Part shown: one piece after another, positions 10,112 to 20,731 of the stretch
How the letters are laid out: each line of letters begins with the position of its first letter
How positions within the stretch are numbered: position 1 is the stretch's first letter
Source: Pseudomonadota bacterium
GTDB lineage: Bacteria > Pseudomonadota > Gammaproteobacteria > JAJDOJ01
NCBI GenBank assembly: GCA_034722015.1
Contig: JAYENI010000213.1
Coordinates: 1-56,660 of the forward strand
Reading direction: 5' to 3'
DNA: 56,660 nt
The notes under the pieces: model-generated
Seen by the model: the letters and a program-made list of their open reading frames with translations, nothing else
Databases searched by the model: none
What the model was told of the DNA's origin: nothing
Program-made: the position numbers and the translations under genes

Positions 10112-10636
10112 TCACTTGAGGTAGCCCCCGAGCGTCTCGTTGAGCACGCCCTGGGCGTCCATGATCAGTTCGCAGACCTCGCGCCCCGCACCTCTTCCGC
10201 CCGCGCTGGCGGTCACCCAGTGCGCATGCCGTTTCACCAGGGGGTGTGCGTCCTGGACGGCGATCGCCAGTCCGACACGGGTGAGTACCGGCAGGTCCAC
10301 CACGTCGTCGCCGACGTAGGCGGTCTGTTCGGGCTTGATCCGGAGTTCCTTCAGCAGTTGCTTGAAGGTGGGGAGCTTTTCACGTCGCCCCTGGTAGACG
10401 TGATCGATGCCCAGGTCCCCCATGCGGTGTTCCACCACCCGCGAAACGCGCCCGGTGATGATGGCGATCTGTACCCCGGTCCGCTGCAACATGACGATGC
10501 CGTGGCCGTCGCGCGAATGGAAGGCCTTGTACTCCTGCCCGTCGTCGCCGACGAACAGCGAACCGTCCGTCAGGACGCCGTCGACATCGAAGATGACCAG
10601 CTTGATCAGTTTCGCCTTTTCCAGGATGTCCTGCAT
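10112..10636 (-). CDS. kdsC: KDO 8-phosphate phosphatase
   Basis: FDVDGVLTDG HAD motif, YVGDDVVDLP, GGRGAGREVCE. Confidence 0.95.
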   Translation of the reverse strand: MQDILEKAKLIKLVIFDVDGVLTDGSLFVGDDGQEYKAFHSRDGHGIVMLQRTGVQIAIITGRVSRVVEHRMGDLGIDHVYQGRREKLPTFKQLLKELRIKPEQTAYVGDDVVDLPVLTRVGLAIAVQDAHPLVKRHAHWVTASAGGRGAGREVCELIMDAQGVLNETLGGYLK

Positions 10637-10787
10637 CGCCGTCCCCTTGCCCGCAGGGCGAAGTGAAATGGTGGTTGCCGAGCGCGCAGTATAGGGGTTC
10701 CAGACAGATTTTTCCGGGGTTCGAGCTGACTGTGGCGGTGTGAGTCGTGCCGCTGGACGGGGTGGGGCGAGGCTCCCCCCGTGCCGC

Positions 10788-11786
10788 CTAGATGACGCCG
10801 GCCCTCAGCAGATCATGCATGCTGAGCGCTCCGATCAATGCCCCGTCGTCATCGACGACGGGTAACGCGTTGATCTGATGGTCTTCCATCAGCTTGAGCG
10901 CCTCGACCGCCAGCTGGGTCGGGCGCGCGGCGTGCGGGTGGCGGGTCATCACATCGCCGATGGGCGTGTTATGAACATCGATGCCGCGGTCGATTGCCCG
11001 GCGCAGATCGCCGTCGGTAAAGATCCCGATCACAGACCCGGATTCGTCGACGATCGTCGTCATCCCGAGCCCTTTCTGCGATATCTCCAGCAGGGCGTGC
11101 ACCAGCAGCGTATCCGCCTCGACCCTCGGGATCGCGTCACCCTTGTTCATCACGTCCGATACGTGCAGCAGCAGGCGGCGGCCGAGGCGTCCGGCCGGGT
11201 GAGTGCGCGCGAAGTCCTCCGCGCTGAATCCCCGCGCCTCGAGCAGGGCAACCGCGAGCGCGTCTCCCATGACCAGCGTGGCGGTAGTGCTCGAGGTGGG
11301 CGCGAGGTCCAGGGGGCAGGCCTCCCGCGAGACGCTGACGTCGAGACACACATCGGCCTCCCGCCCAAGCCTCGAGCCGCAGTTCCCGGTCAGCGCGATC
11401 AGGGGCGCATCGAGACGCTTGATCAGCGGGATGATGGTCAGGATCTCGTCGGTCTCGCCGGAATTCGACATCGCGATCACCACGTCTTTCGCGGTGATCA
11501 TGCCCAGATCGCCGTGGCTGGCCTCGCCCGGGTGGACGAAGAAGGCCGGCGTGCCGGTGCTGGCGAGGGTCGCCGCGATCTTGCCGCCGATGTGTCCCGA
11601 CTTGCCCATGCCGGTCACGATCACACGCCCCTCGCAGGCGAGCATCAGGTCGCAGGCGCGGGTGAATCGCCCGTCGATGCGCCCGGCGAGCGCCTGTATG
11701 GCCTCGGCCTCCGTGCGAACCACGGCCAGCGCCAGGGTGCGCATGTTCTCGTGGTGCGAGACCGCGTCGTCCTTCGGTGAATCCAT
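10788..11786 (-). CDS. kdsD: Arabinose 5-phosphate isomerase (KpsF/GutQ family)
   Basis: GMGKSGHIG, HPGEASHGDLG, APTSSTT, C-terminal CBS pair. Confidence 0.95.
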   Translation of the reverse strand: MDSPKDDAVSHHENMRTLALAVVRTEAEAIQALAGRIDGRFTRACDLMLACEGRVIVTGMGKSGHIGGKIAATLASTGTPAFFVHPGEASHGDLGMITAKDVVIAMSNSGETDEILTIIPLIKRLDAPLIALTGNCGSRLGREADVCLDVSVSREACPLDLAPTSSTTATLVMGDALAVALLEARGFSAEDFARTHPAGRLGRRLLLHVSDVMNKGDAIPRVEADTLLVHALLEISQKGLGMTTIVDESGSVIGIFTDGDLRRAIDRGIDVHNTPIGDVMTRHPHAARPTQLAVEALKLMEDHQINALPVVDDDGALIGALSMHDLLRAGVI

Positions 11787-12169
11787 GTCGGCCCGTGCTG
11801 CGGAGGAATCCCGGGACTCTAGCAGATCGTTTGTGCGTGGAACATGGGGCGGTCGCGGTGCTCAGGCAGGGCGCTGGTACTGACACAAGGCCTCTCCGCC
11901 TGCACGTATGAACCCAGGGGCTTGCGCGGCTTCGTATCCCGGTCAAAGACCCACTAGCCGATGCAGCACCACGGCGAGTTCCTCATCGGAGGTTCCGGGG
12001 TGTTGGGTCTTTTCACGTTCCTTTAATCAGCTAGTAGTTCGTCCGGGCGTGGAATAGCGGGAAAGTCGTTGTCCTTATGTACCCCACCCAGCGCGAGGGT
12101 GCGTGGCGATGGCGACGGCACCCTCCCTGTGGAAGTCACGGGACAAGACCCGACCCACTGTCCCCCCGC

Positions 12170-12743
12170 GTGGCAGGAGCAACAATCGGGACGGTGATTG
12201 TGCCGAGTATTTTCGATGAAATGGTGGGCGTGGTGACGGACGAGATAGACCGGGTTTCACCTGAGGTCGTGATCATGATGGGCGAGTTTTGCGGGCGCAG
12301 TCATGATTACCGTGGAGCGTCTCGCTCAAAACCTGATTGATGCGACACGCTACGATATGGGTGACGAATCGGGCTCACGGCCGCAGAATACGTCGGTCGT
12401 GGCTGGAGGGCCGGTTGCGTATTACGCTACATTGCCGATCCGGGCCATGGTCCAGGCGATGCGCCGGACGGGTATTCCCGCCGATATCTCCGACACTGCC
12501 GGAACCTTTGGCTGCAACCTGCTTATGTACGGAGTGCTCCATCATATTGCCCAGCGCGGCCTGCCCATCCGGGCCGGCTGGATCCACCTTCCGTCGCTAC
12601 CTGCCACCGCTGCACTCGAAGTCAATCTAGGCATGCCCAGTATGTCGGTGGAAACCCAGGTTGACGGTCTGAGGGCAGCAGTTGCCGCAGCAGTGGGAAA
12701 CGAAAAAGACATCAACGACCCGATTCGCTCACGGTGGCAATAA
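12170..12743 (+). pseudogene. pcp: Pyroglutamyl-peptidase I, 5'-truncated and frameshifted
   Basis: ...PEVVIMMGEFCGRS continues as MITVERLAQN...ISDTAGTFGCN...GWIHLP after one extra base near 12302; no N-terminal TGF motif found upstream. Confidence 0.8.
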
Positions 12744-12907
12744 TACCGACGGATCGGCGTGGGAGGCGGGCAGGAAGTTGACGCAGGTTCCGGACATCGG
12801 TCCGATCACGGCGAGCGATAGCGAGAGTGTGGTCAAGCTTTATGTTTGACGATTCGCGAAAGAGAATAATCGTTGTCAGGTCTTTCCTCTTGCTCGATCC
12901 CGAATTC

Positions 12908-13294
12908 TCACGCAAGCACCAGGTCCGTTTTCGCAAAGTCGTGACCCACGCACAAGAGCGGTTCGTCGGCGAGCCTGGCTGTGGCGTACGACATGCAATC
13001 ACCAAAATTCAGCCCCGCCGGATGACGCCCTTTTCCAAACCGCAACCAGGCGTCCGTGGCAAACCCGTAGTGGGAATCACCAAAGGGTACCGTCGTGATA
13101 CTGCCCTCCTGCAGGAATCGGGCAAGCACCGCTCTGGCGTCCCTGCCCATTCGCGCCGAGAGAACAATCGCGGTTTCGGTCAGCGTCGGAACACCGACCC
13201 CGGCTCGTTCCGCCTGTCCGAGTTTCTCGATGAGCTTGTCGACGCCCGGTTCTTTCAGAAAAATGGCGATGATAGCGGAAGTATCGATAATCAC
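12908..13294 (-). CDS. vapC: Type II toxin VapC (PIN domain)
   Basis: VIIDTSAIIAI, FGKGRHPAGLNFGDCMSYA, GHDFAKTD; GTG start overlaps the antitoxin stop (GTGA). Confidence 0.92.
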   Translation of the reverse strand: MIIDTSAIIAIFLKEPGVDKLIEKLGQAERAGVGVPTLTETAIVLSARMGRDARAVLARFLQEGSITTVPFGDSHYGFATDAWLRFGKGRHPAGLNFGDCMSYATARLADEPLLCVGHDFAKTDLVLA

Positions 13295-13563
13295 ACGCCG
13301 TCCTCGCCATACCCAAGAATCGCTTCTTCTTCGGGACGGCCAAGCCTGCGACCGAGTTCCTTTTCGGGAACGACGCTCCAAACCTCTGTCTCGATAAAAC
13401 GTCGGAGACGTGTCGCCCGATCCTCCGAGGCGATACGAAACGAGAGTTTGCTCTTTCGCTCATCCAGCGCCCGCCGGACTGCCTCTGTTTTGCTTTCGCC
13501 GGTTATCCGGATAATCTCCTCGACCAGCTTTTCAACCTCACGGTTCTTTATGTTCAATGCCAT
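13291..13563 (-). CDS. vapB: Type II antitoxin VapB (Rv0623-like)
   Basis: MALNIKNREVEKL...TGESKTEAVRRAL...EAILGYGEDGV, directly upstream of the PIN toxin. Confidence 0.9.
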   Translation of the reverse strand: MALNIKNREVEKLVEEIIRITGESKTEAVRRALDERKSKLSFRIASEDRATRLRRFIETEVWSVVPEKELGRRLGRPEEEAILGYGEDGV

Positions 13564-13616
13564 CGCTCAACCTCGTGCAGCGGAAAAAGAAGGTCTTTTG
13601 GTTCAATGGTGTAAAA

Positions 13617-13634
13617 ATTCTATCAGTGTAGAAT
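13617..13634 (-). promoter_or_regulatory. Putative vapBC operator overlapping a -10 box
   Basis: Inverted repeat ATTCTA-N6-TAGAAT ~55 bp upstream of vapB; the left half reads TAGAAT on the minus strand. Confidence 0.5.
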
Positions 13635-13681
13635 AATGAGGGCCACAAAGACACATAGTTCCGTCTGATTACCCCTCAGTC

Positions 13682-13978
13682 TCAGCTATCCCCGAGACCA
13701 ATATCGGTCTGGAATCCATGGAAGTCGGGGTGAGGATCTGATGGGCCTCCTACAGCAGGGCGAGCAGGTTGGGAAGCGGGCGCCGGTATTGATCGGGCGT
13801 GGTTAACACATCGGGTGGTTGCGTATTTTGTAACGTGAAGTGGCAGAGAGCGCCGGAAATCGTTACGCGAGGGCCCGGGTTCTGTATCCGGGTCCCATGA
13901 GTCCGCCTGTGCCGCAGTGCCAGCCGTAACTCCGGCCCACACGAGCATGACAGCCACTGAAACGATGGTCCGTGCCAC
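13682..13978 (-). CDS. Hypothetical small exported protein or remnant
   Basis: GGGAGG RBS 5 nt before GTG; signal-peptide-like N-terminus ending AQA; rest unrecognised. Confidence 0.3.
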   Translation of the reverse strand: MARTIVSVAVMLVWAGVTAGTAAQADSWDPDTEPGPSRNDFRRSLPLHVTKYATTRCVNHARSIPAPASQPARPAVGGPSDPHPDFHGFQTDIGLGDS

Positions 13979-14070
13979 AGGAACCTCCCGTGTATTATTC
14001 GGGCTTTGAGTGAATCATACGAATGTGTCGAACATGGTACGGGACCTTCGATGTGTCGTGGATCTTTCCT

Positions 14071-14100
14071 CCTTCCCTTCCCTTCCCTTCCCTTCCCTTC
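14071..14100. repeat. (CCTTC)6 pentanucleotide tandem repeat
   Basis: Six perfect CCTTC units within a longer pure-pyrimidine tract. Confidence 0.95.
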
Positions 14101-14150
14101 GGAGCGGGTCGGGCCCGCCATCGTGAAGGCGACCCGTGGTCGGGTTCTTC

Positions 14151-14777
14151 ATGACTGAGAACACGGCCGTGTCGCTGGAGATCGGGGCGTTTGGCTGGGA
14201 TCGCGCTGACTGGGTCGGCAGTTTCTACCCGGCCGATCTGCCCGTGGAGTGGCGTTTGACGTACTACGCCAACGAATTTGACGCGGTCCTGATCCCGGCG
14301 GATCTGTGGGAGTCGGAGGCGGCTTCCCATGTCGAGGCCTGGTGCGAGGACGTATCCGGGCGGTTCAGGTTTTTTGCCGAGCTGGGGACGTCACAGGTCG
14401 ACGGGGCCCGGAGGCGGTGGGTAATGTCCAGGCTGGATGCCCTGGGAGAGACACTGCACGGCCTCGTATTGCGGACGCCGGCGGACGCACCGCACGGTCT
14501 TGTACGCGAACTCCGCGATCGTTATCCCGGCAAGGCGCTGGTCGTGGATGATGCCGGTGAGGCGGGGCTGCCGCGCCTTTGGCGGCCCGGGATCCTTGAA
14601 GGTGCGGGCCCGATCGGTCTGGCAAGGTTCGACGCGCCACCACAGGCCATGGAACTGCGCAAGGTGCTGGGGTCGTTTCTCACCGCCTCCCCGGGGCCGG
14701 AGCGGGCGTTGTTCCTCGATGCCCCGCACGAGACCATCGAGACAGCGGGGACCCTGGCGCGCCTGCTGGGATACTAG
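14151..14777 (+). CDS. DUF72 (YecE-like) domain protein
   Basis: IGAFGWDRADWVGSFYPADLPVEWRLTYYANEFDAV and FRFFAE resemble the DUF72 N-terminus. Confidence 0.7.
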   Translation: MTENTAVSLEIGAFGWDRADWVGSFYPADLPVEWRLTYYANEFDAVLIPADLWESEAASHVEAWCEDVSGRFRFFAELGTSQVDGARRRWVMSRLDALGETLHGLVLRTPADAPHGLVRELRDRYPGKALVVDDAGEAGLPRLWRPGILEGAGPIGLARFDAPPQAMELRKVLGSFLTASPGPERALFLDAPHETIETAGTLARLLGY

Positions 14778-14916
14778 CAGGCTGTCGAAAAACCCTCAGG
14801 CGGCGCCATTCGGCGTTAAAATAGGGCTCCAAATGCTCATTTACTGAGCGTAAACTGCGCTTCCTCGCCCAATTTTGCCTTGCCTGGCACTCACCTGAGA
14901 TTTTTTCATCAGCCTG
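14778..14916 (-). mobile_element. MITE family B (139 bp)
   Basis: TIRs CAGGCTGTCGAAAAA / TTTTTCATCAGCCTG; flanks CTAG (includes the DUF72 stop) and CTGG; long internal hairpin. Confidence 0.8.
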
Positions 14917-15060
14917 CTGGTGCACCGCGCTTGACACGGACGGACGCTGTCACCGAGACTCGGCCATCTCCAGTCGAAGACCAACCGATGGGTAAACGGG
15001 CGCAACGGCCGCAAGGCCGGGATTCGAAGCGCCCGCAAACCGCGAAACTACCTCAACCTA

Positions 15061-15268
15061 GTGCTCCATCCAGGTGATAAATACGGATTCAGCGTTCCCC
15101 TGGTGTTTCGCAGAAAGGCGCAGCGTGCCGGCAATGGCCGCTCCCTTGTCAAACGCTGCAACGCGGCTGCGGGACACTAGGGGAGCGCCCGGGGGGTTAG
15201 CTTGTCAGCGCGCCTTGCCATGCGCGCTGACAAGCTAACTGAACTCGCACATCACCTGGATTGAGCAC
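15061..15268 (+). mobile_element. MITE family C (~208 bp, IS630-like ends)
   Basis: TIRs GTGCTCCATCCAGGTGAT / ATCACCTGGATTGAGCAC (1 mismatch), both ends in CTAG with TA duplicated; two internal hairpins. Confidence 0.82.
15196..15239. repeat. Perfect 18-bp inverted repeat, 8-nt loop
   Basis: GTTAGCTTGTCAGCGCGC-cttgccat-GCGCGCTGACAAGCTAAC inside MITE C. Confidence 0.95.
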
Positions 15269-15272
15269 TAGT

Positions 15273-16103
15273 ATGGATGCCGACCAATCCCCCGGCGCAG
15301 ACGACGCCCTCATCACGATCCGTGACCTCCACTTCGCCCGAGGGGGGATCCGCATCTTCGAGGGCCTGGATCTGGACATCCCGCGGGGCGGGGTGACCGG
15401 TCTGATGGGACCCAGCGGCACCGGCAAGACGACGCTCCTCAATCTGATCGGCGGGCGTCTGAAGCCGGATCGCGGCACGGTCCGGGTGGACGGCGAGGTG
15501 GTCCACGAGCTGGGTCGTCGCGACCTCTATGCCCTGCGCAAGCGGATGGGCATGCTGTTCCAGAGCGGCGCCCTGCTGACCGACCTGAGCGTCTTCGAGA
15601 ACGTGGCCTACCCGCTGCGCGAACACACCCGGCTCCCGGAGCCCGTGCTGCGGGAGCTGGTACTGATCAAGCTCGAGGCCGTGGGGCTTCGCGGGGCGCG
15701 CGACCTGATGCCGGGCGAACTGTCCGGCGGCATGGCGCGCCGCGTCGCGCTGGCACGCGCGATCGCCCTGGATCCGATGATGATCATGTACGACGAGCCC
15801 TTCACCGGGCTCGATCCGATCACCAAATCGACGATCGTCAAGCTGATCCAGGATCTCAATACGACGCTTGGGATCAGCAGCATCGTGGTCTCCCACGATG
15901 TCGTGGAGACCATGGAGATCGCCGATACCGTGTACGTCGTGGCCGATGGTCGTGTCATCGAGTCAGGAACGCCGCACGAACTCTGGAACAGCCGCTCGGA
16001 GTGGGTGTGCCAGTTTCTGAGGGGCTTGCCCGACGGTCCGGTGCCGTTCCACTACCCCGCGCCCGATGACTATGCGGATCTGTGGCCGGAGGCAACGAAG
16101 TGA
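15273..16103 (+). CDS. mlaF: Phospholipid ABC transporter ATPase MlaF
   Basis: [50 protein letters not shown]. Confidence 0.95.
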   Translation: MDADQSPGADDALITIRDLHFARGGIRIFEGLDLDIPRGGVTGLMGPSGTGKTTLLNLIGGRLKPDRGTVRVDGEVVHELGRRDLYALRKRMGMLFQSGALLTDLSVFENVAYPLREHTRLPEPVLRELVLIKLEAVGLRGARDLMPGELSGGMARRVALARAIALDPMMIMYDEPFTGLDPITKSTIVKLIQDLNTTLGISSIVVSHDVVETMEIADTVYVVADGRVIESGTPHELWNSRSEWVCQFLRGLPDGPVPFHYPAPDDYADLWPEATK

Positions 16104-16882
16104 CCGGCCTGTTCCAGGCGCTGGGTCGCTGGGCCCTGGGCAAGTTCGAGAGGCTGGGTCGTAGCAACCTGTTTCTGTTGCGCACCCTGGCCAGCGTGCC
16201 GGGGCTCGCGTTGCGGCCGGGCCTGGTGGTTCGCGAACTTTTTTCGGTCGGTGTGCTGTCCCTGGTCATCATCGTGGTGTCCGGACTTTTCGTGGGCATG
16301 GTGCTCGGCCTCCAGGGCTACGTGACGCTGGTGCGTTTCGGCGCCGCGGAGTCGCTGGGAGTGGCGGTGGCGCTCACCCTCGTCAGGGAGCTGGGGCCGG
16401 TGGTCAGCGCCCTGCTGTTTGCCGGGCGCGCGGGGTCCGCCCTGACCGCCGAGATCGGGCTGATGAAGGCGACCGAACAGCTGGCGGGCCTCGAGATGAT
16501 GGCCGTGGACCCCGTGAAGCGTGTGGTCGCCCCGCGTTTCCTTGCCGGCTTCATTTCCTTGCCGATGCTCACTGCGATCTTCAGCGCCGTCGGCGTCGGT
16601 GGCGGGTACTTCGTCGGCGTCGGATTGCTGGGGGTGGACTCGGGGGCCTACTGGTCGCAGATGCAGGCGCAGGTGGACTTTTACGAAGACGTGATGAACG
16701 GCGTGATCAAGAGCCTGGTGTTCGGTTTTGTCGTGTCATGGATCGCGGTCTTCGAGGGCTATGATGCGACGCCGACCTCGGAGGGCGTGGGTCGGGCCAC
16801 GACCCGGACCGTGGTCAACTCGGCACTCGCGGTGCTGGCGCTGGATTTTATTTTGACGGCCCTGATGTTCGGGAATTTCTGA
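16100..16882 (+). CDS. mlaE: Phospholipid ABC transporter permease MlaE
   Basis: [43 protein letters not shown]. Confidence 0.95.
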   Translation: MTGLFQALGRWALGKFERLGRSNLFLLRTLASVPGLALRPGLVVRELFSVGVLSLVIIVVSGLFVGMVLGLQGYVTLVRFGAAESLGVAVALTLVRELGPVVSALLFAGRAGSALTAEIGLMKATEQLAGLEMMAVDPVKRVVAPRFLAGFISLPMLTAIFSAVGVGGGYFVGVGLLGVDSGAYWSQMQAQVDFYEDVMNGVIKSLVFGFVVSWIAVFEGYDATPTSEGVGRATTRTVVNSALAVLALDFILTALMFGNF

Positions 16883-16941
16883 GTCCGGGGCCGGATCACG
16901 CCGCTCCTGGGGGGCGGTGTCTTGACAGCTCGTGATCGAGA

Positions 16942-17033
16942 GTAGCCCGGATGCAGCAAAAGCGGAATCCGGAGAGCGGGTGCGATGACAGGGAAGGGAA
17001 TCCTGGATTGCGCTGCCGCTCCATCCAGGCTAC
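16942..17033. repeat. GTAG-type REP doublet (REPIN)
   Basis: GTAGCCCGGATGCAGC...GGAATCCGG and inverted partner CCTGGATTGCGCTG...CCATCCAGGCTAC between mlaE and mlaD. Confidence 0.8.
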
Positions 17034-17141
17034 GAGTGCCTTTACGACACCCTCGGGCGGTGAGTGTCCCAGGAGGGTTACACTTCGCAATTGCGACCTC
17101 CGAGCCGGGACGGAATAATGCGCGTTGGCAGGGTAGGATAG

Positions 17142-17600
17142 ATGACGAATCGAAAGATCGAGGTGTTGGTGGGCGTATTCGTGGCAGCGGGTTTTGCCGC
17201 GCTGCTTGTTCTCGCGATGCAGGTCAGCAACCTGTCGACATTCAGTCCGGGAGAGAGTTATACCGTGACGGCGCGGTTCAACAACATCGGGGGGCTCAAG
17301 GTTCGCTCGCCGGTCACCGTGGGTGGGGTCCGGGTAGGCCGCGTATCGGCGATCCGCTATGACCCCGAGGTGTTCAGCGCGATCGTATCGATGTCGATCG
17401 ACGCGAACCAGGACTACTTTCCCGTCGATACCGGCGCCAGCATCTACACCTCCGGGCTGCTGGGAGAACAGTATATCGCGCTGGAGCCGGGGGCCGAGGA
17501 AGCGGTATTGAAAGAGGGCGACGCCATTCAGATTGCCCAGTCCGCGGTCATTCTGGAGCAGTTGATCGGTAAATTCGTACTGAATTCGGCAACGAAATGA
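17142..17600 (+). CDS. mlaD: MCE-domain protein MlaD
   Basis: FNNIGGLKVRSPV...GVRVGRV, TSGLLGEQYIAL. Confidence 0.95.
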   Translation: MTNRKIEVLVGVFVAAGFAALLVLAMQVSNLSTFSPGESYTVTARFNNIGGLKVRSPVTVGGVRVGRVSAIRYDPEVFSAIVSMSIDANQDYFPVDTGASIYTSGLLGEQYIALEPGAEEAVLKEGDAIQIAQSAVILEQLIGKFVLNSATK

Positions 17601-18256
17601 ACCACCGCATTACACGAATCTTCTGCGTGCGGTTACTGGCCGCCACACTTGTCATCCTGAGCGCGGGGAGCGCGCGGGCGATTCCTGCGGAGGAGTCGCC
17701 GACAAGGCTGGTCATGGAAACCTCCGAGCTCGTGCTGAAGGTCATCCAGGAGGAGACGAGCGCACCGGAACCCGACCTCGCCCGGCTGTACTCCCTGGTG
17801 TACGACGCCATACTGCCGGTCCTCGATTTCGACGGTTTCGCCAAACTGTCGCTCGGGCGCCACTGGCGCCGCGCCACGCCCAGCCAGCGGACGCAATTCA
17901 CCGAGGAATTCAAGGGCATGCTGGTCCGTACCTATACGAAGTACCTGCTGGACTATGCGGGGACGCGGGTGCGGCTGGCACCGCGCCAGCCCGCGCCGCC
18001 GGGGCCGAAAAGGCAGATCGTAAAGGTCATCATTTCCCTGCCCGGAGAGGCGCCCCTGGAGGTCAATTACCACTTTCGACGCGTCAAGGAGGAATGGAAG
18101 GCGTACAACGTGGTGATCGGGGGATTCAACCTTGTTCAGTTGTTCCGACGCGAGTTCGGCGAGGAGATCGACCAGAAGGGGCTGGATGCGGTGATCGAGC
18201 GTCTCGCCACCACCAACGTCGAGAATGCCCCCGGAGCGCAGGCGGGCGGGTCTTGA
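17597..18256 (+). CDS. mlaC: Phospholipid-binding protein MlaC
   Basis: Signal peptide, LGRHWRRATPSQR...LVRTY, WKAYNV; synteny. Confidence 0.9.
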   Translation: MNHRITRIFCVRLLAATLVILSAGSARAIPAEESPTRLVMETSELVLKVIQEETSAPEPDLARLYSLVYDAILPVLDFDGFAKLSLGRHWRRATPSQRTQFTEEFKGMLVRTYTKYLLDYAGTRVRLAPRQPAPPGPKRQIVKVIISLPGEAPLEVNYHFRRVKEEWKAYNVVIGGFNLVQLFRREFGEEIDQKGLDAVIERLATTNVENAPGAQAGGS

Positions 18257-18594
18257 GCCGGGAGCCGAGTGGCCTGACCTGCCGGGGCGATTCGCTCGCG
18301 TTGTCCGGGTGCCTGGACGCGGCGTCCGTGCCGGCCCTGTGGCGGTTTTCGGAGCAGAAGCTGTCGCAGTGTGTCGGGCGTGAGGTATCAATGGACCTGA
18401 CGGCCGTGGATCGAGTCGACAGCGCAGGGCTCGCGTTGCTCGTCGCATGGGTCAGGCTGGCGAAAAAACGTCAGGTGACCATTCGATTTCTCAATGCCCC
18501 CCGGCAATTGCTGGCCCTCGCCAGCGCCAATCGTCTCGAGCACCTGGCGTTCATGCTCGGTGACGCGGGGGAACGTGATGCCGCGCGGGCCTGA
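18253..18594 (+). CDS. mlaB: STAS-domain protein MlaB
   Basis: DLTAVDRVDSAGLALLVAW STAS motif; TTG start overlapping the mlaC stop. Confidence 0.85.
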   Translation: MSREPSGLTCRGDSLALSGCLDAASVPALWRFSEQKLSQCVGREVSMDLTAVDRVDSAGLALLVAWVRLAKKRQVTIRFLNAPRQLLALASANRLEHLAFMLGDAGERDAARA

Positions 18595-19911
<1,317 letters not shown>

Positions 19912-19957
19912 TGCCCGGTCGCGACAGCGTTCGGTGGTGCGTGACGCCTGCCCGGCG

Positions 19958-20593
19958 ATGCTGAAGATAGCGCTGTCCAAGGGCCGGATACTCGACGAGA
20001 CCCTGCCGTTGCTGGCGAAGGCGGGTGTCGTACCGCTCGAGGATCCCGCCAGGAGCCGCAAGCTCATCCTGGATACGGGCGCCGAGGCGGTGAAGCTGGT
20101 CGTGATTCGCGCCACCGACGTACCCACCTTCGTCCGCTACGGCGCCGCCGACCTCGGCGTCGCGGGCAGGGACGTGCTCATGGAAAGCGGCGGCGAGGGT
20201 ATCTATGAGCCCTTGGACCTGCGACTCGCGCGGTGCCGGATGATGGTGGCCGGCAAGGTCGGCGCGGGAGCCGTCGATGGCCGCTTGCGGGTCGCCACAA
20301 AATACGTCGCCACGACCCGCGCCTGGTACGCGGCGCGGGGGCAGCAGGTCGAGATCATCAAGCTGTACGGTTCGATGGAACTCGCGCCGCTGGTCGGTCT
20401 CGCCGACCGGATCGTCGACCTGGTCGATACCGGAAACACGTTGCGGGCGAACGGTCTGGAGCCGCTGGAGCACATCGCGGATATCAGTTCGCGGCTGATC
20501 GTGAACAAGGCCTCCATGAAGACGAAGCATGCCGAAGTCAGGGGGCTGATCGAGTCACTGCGCAAGGCCGTTAAGGCGATTGCCGGAAAATGA
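19958..20593 (+). CDS. hisG: ATP phosphoribosyltransferase, short form; last codons supplied by a MITE
   Basis: [39 protein letters not shown]; ~211 aa, no C-terminal regulatory domain. Confidence 0.95.
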   Translation: MLKIALSKGRILDETLPLLAKAGVVPLEDPARSRKLILDTGAEAVKLVVIRATDVPTFVRYGAADLGVAGRDVLMESGGEGIYEPLDLRLARCRMMVAGKVGAGAVDGRLRVATKYVATTRAWYAARGQQVEIIKLYGSMELAPLVGLADRIVDLVDTGNTLRANGLEPLEHIADISSRLIVNKASMKTKHAEVRGLIESLRKAVKAIAGK

Positions 20594-20731
20594 CATACCA
20601 GAATGCGCCGGATTTTCGTTCGTCTTCAAGGCGCGGTAACGGGCGCATCGTCGAACTATTCAACCGTTTCCGCAACGCGGAAGACGGGCGAAAAGACAAG
20701 CAAGATGGTATGTGATTTGACAGAAATCGCC
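20575..20731 (+). mobile_element. MITE family A copy 2 (157 bp)
   Basis: TAA duplicated at 20572-20574 and 20732-20734; inserted in the hisG 3' end. Confidence 0.92.

Noticed and set aside
12827-13636. 269-aa plus-strand ORF in the islet
   Set aside because: Antisense to a clear vapBC pair; no recognisable protein features.
11787-15272. Autonomous IS, prophage or defence system in the islet
   Set aside because: No transposase, integrase or nuclease ORF was recognised other than VapC.
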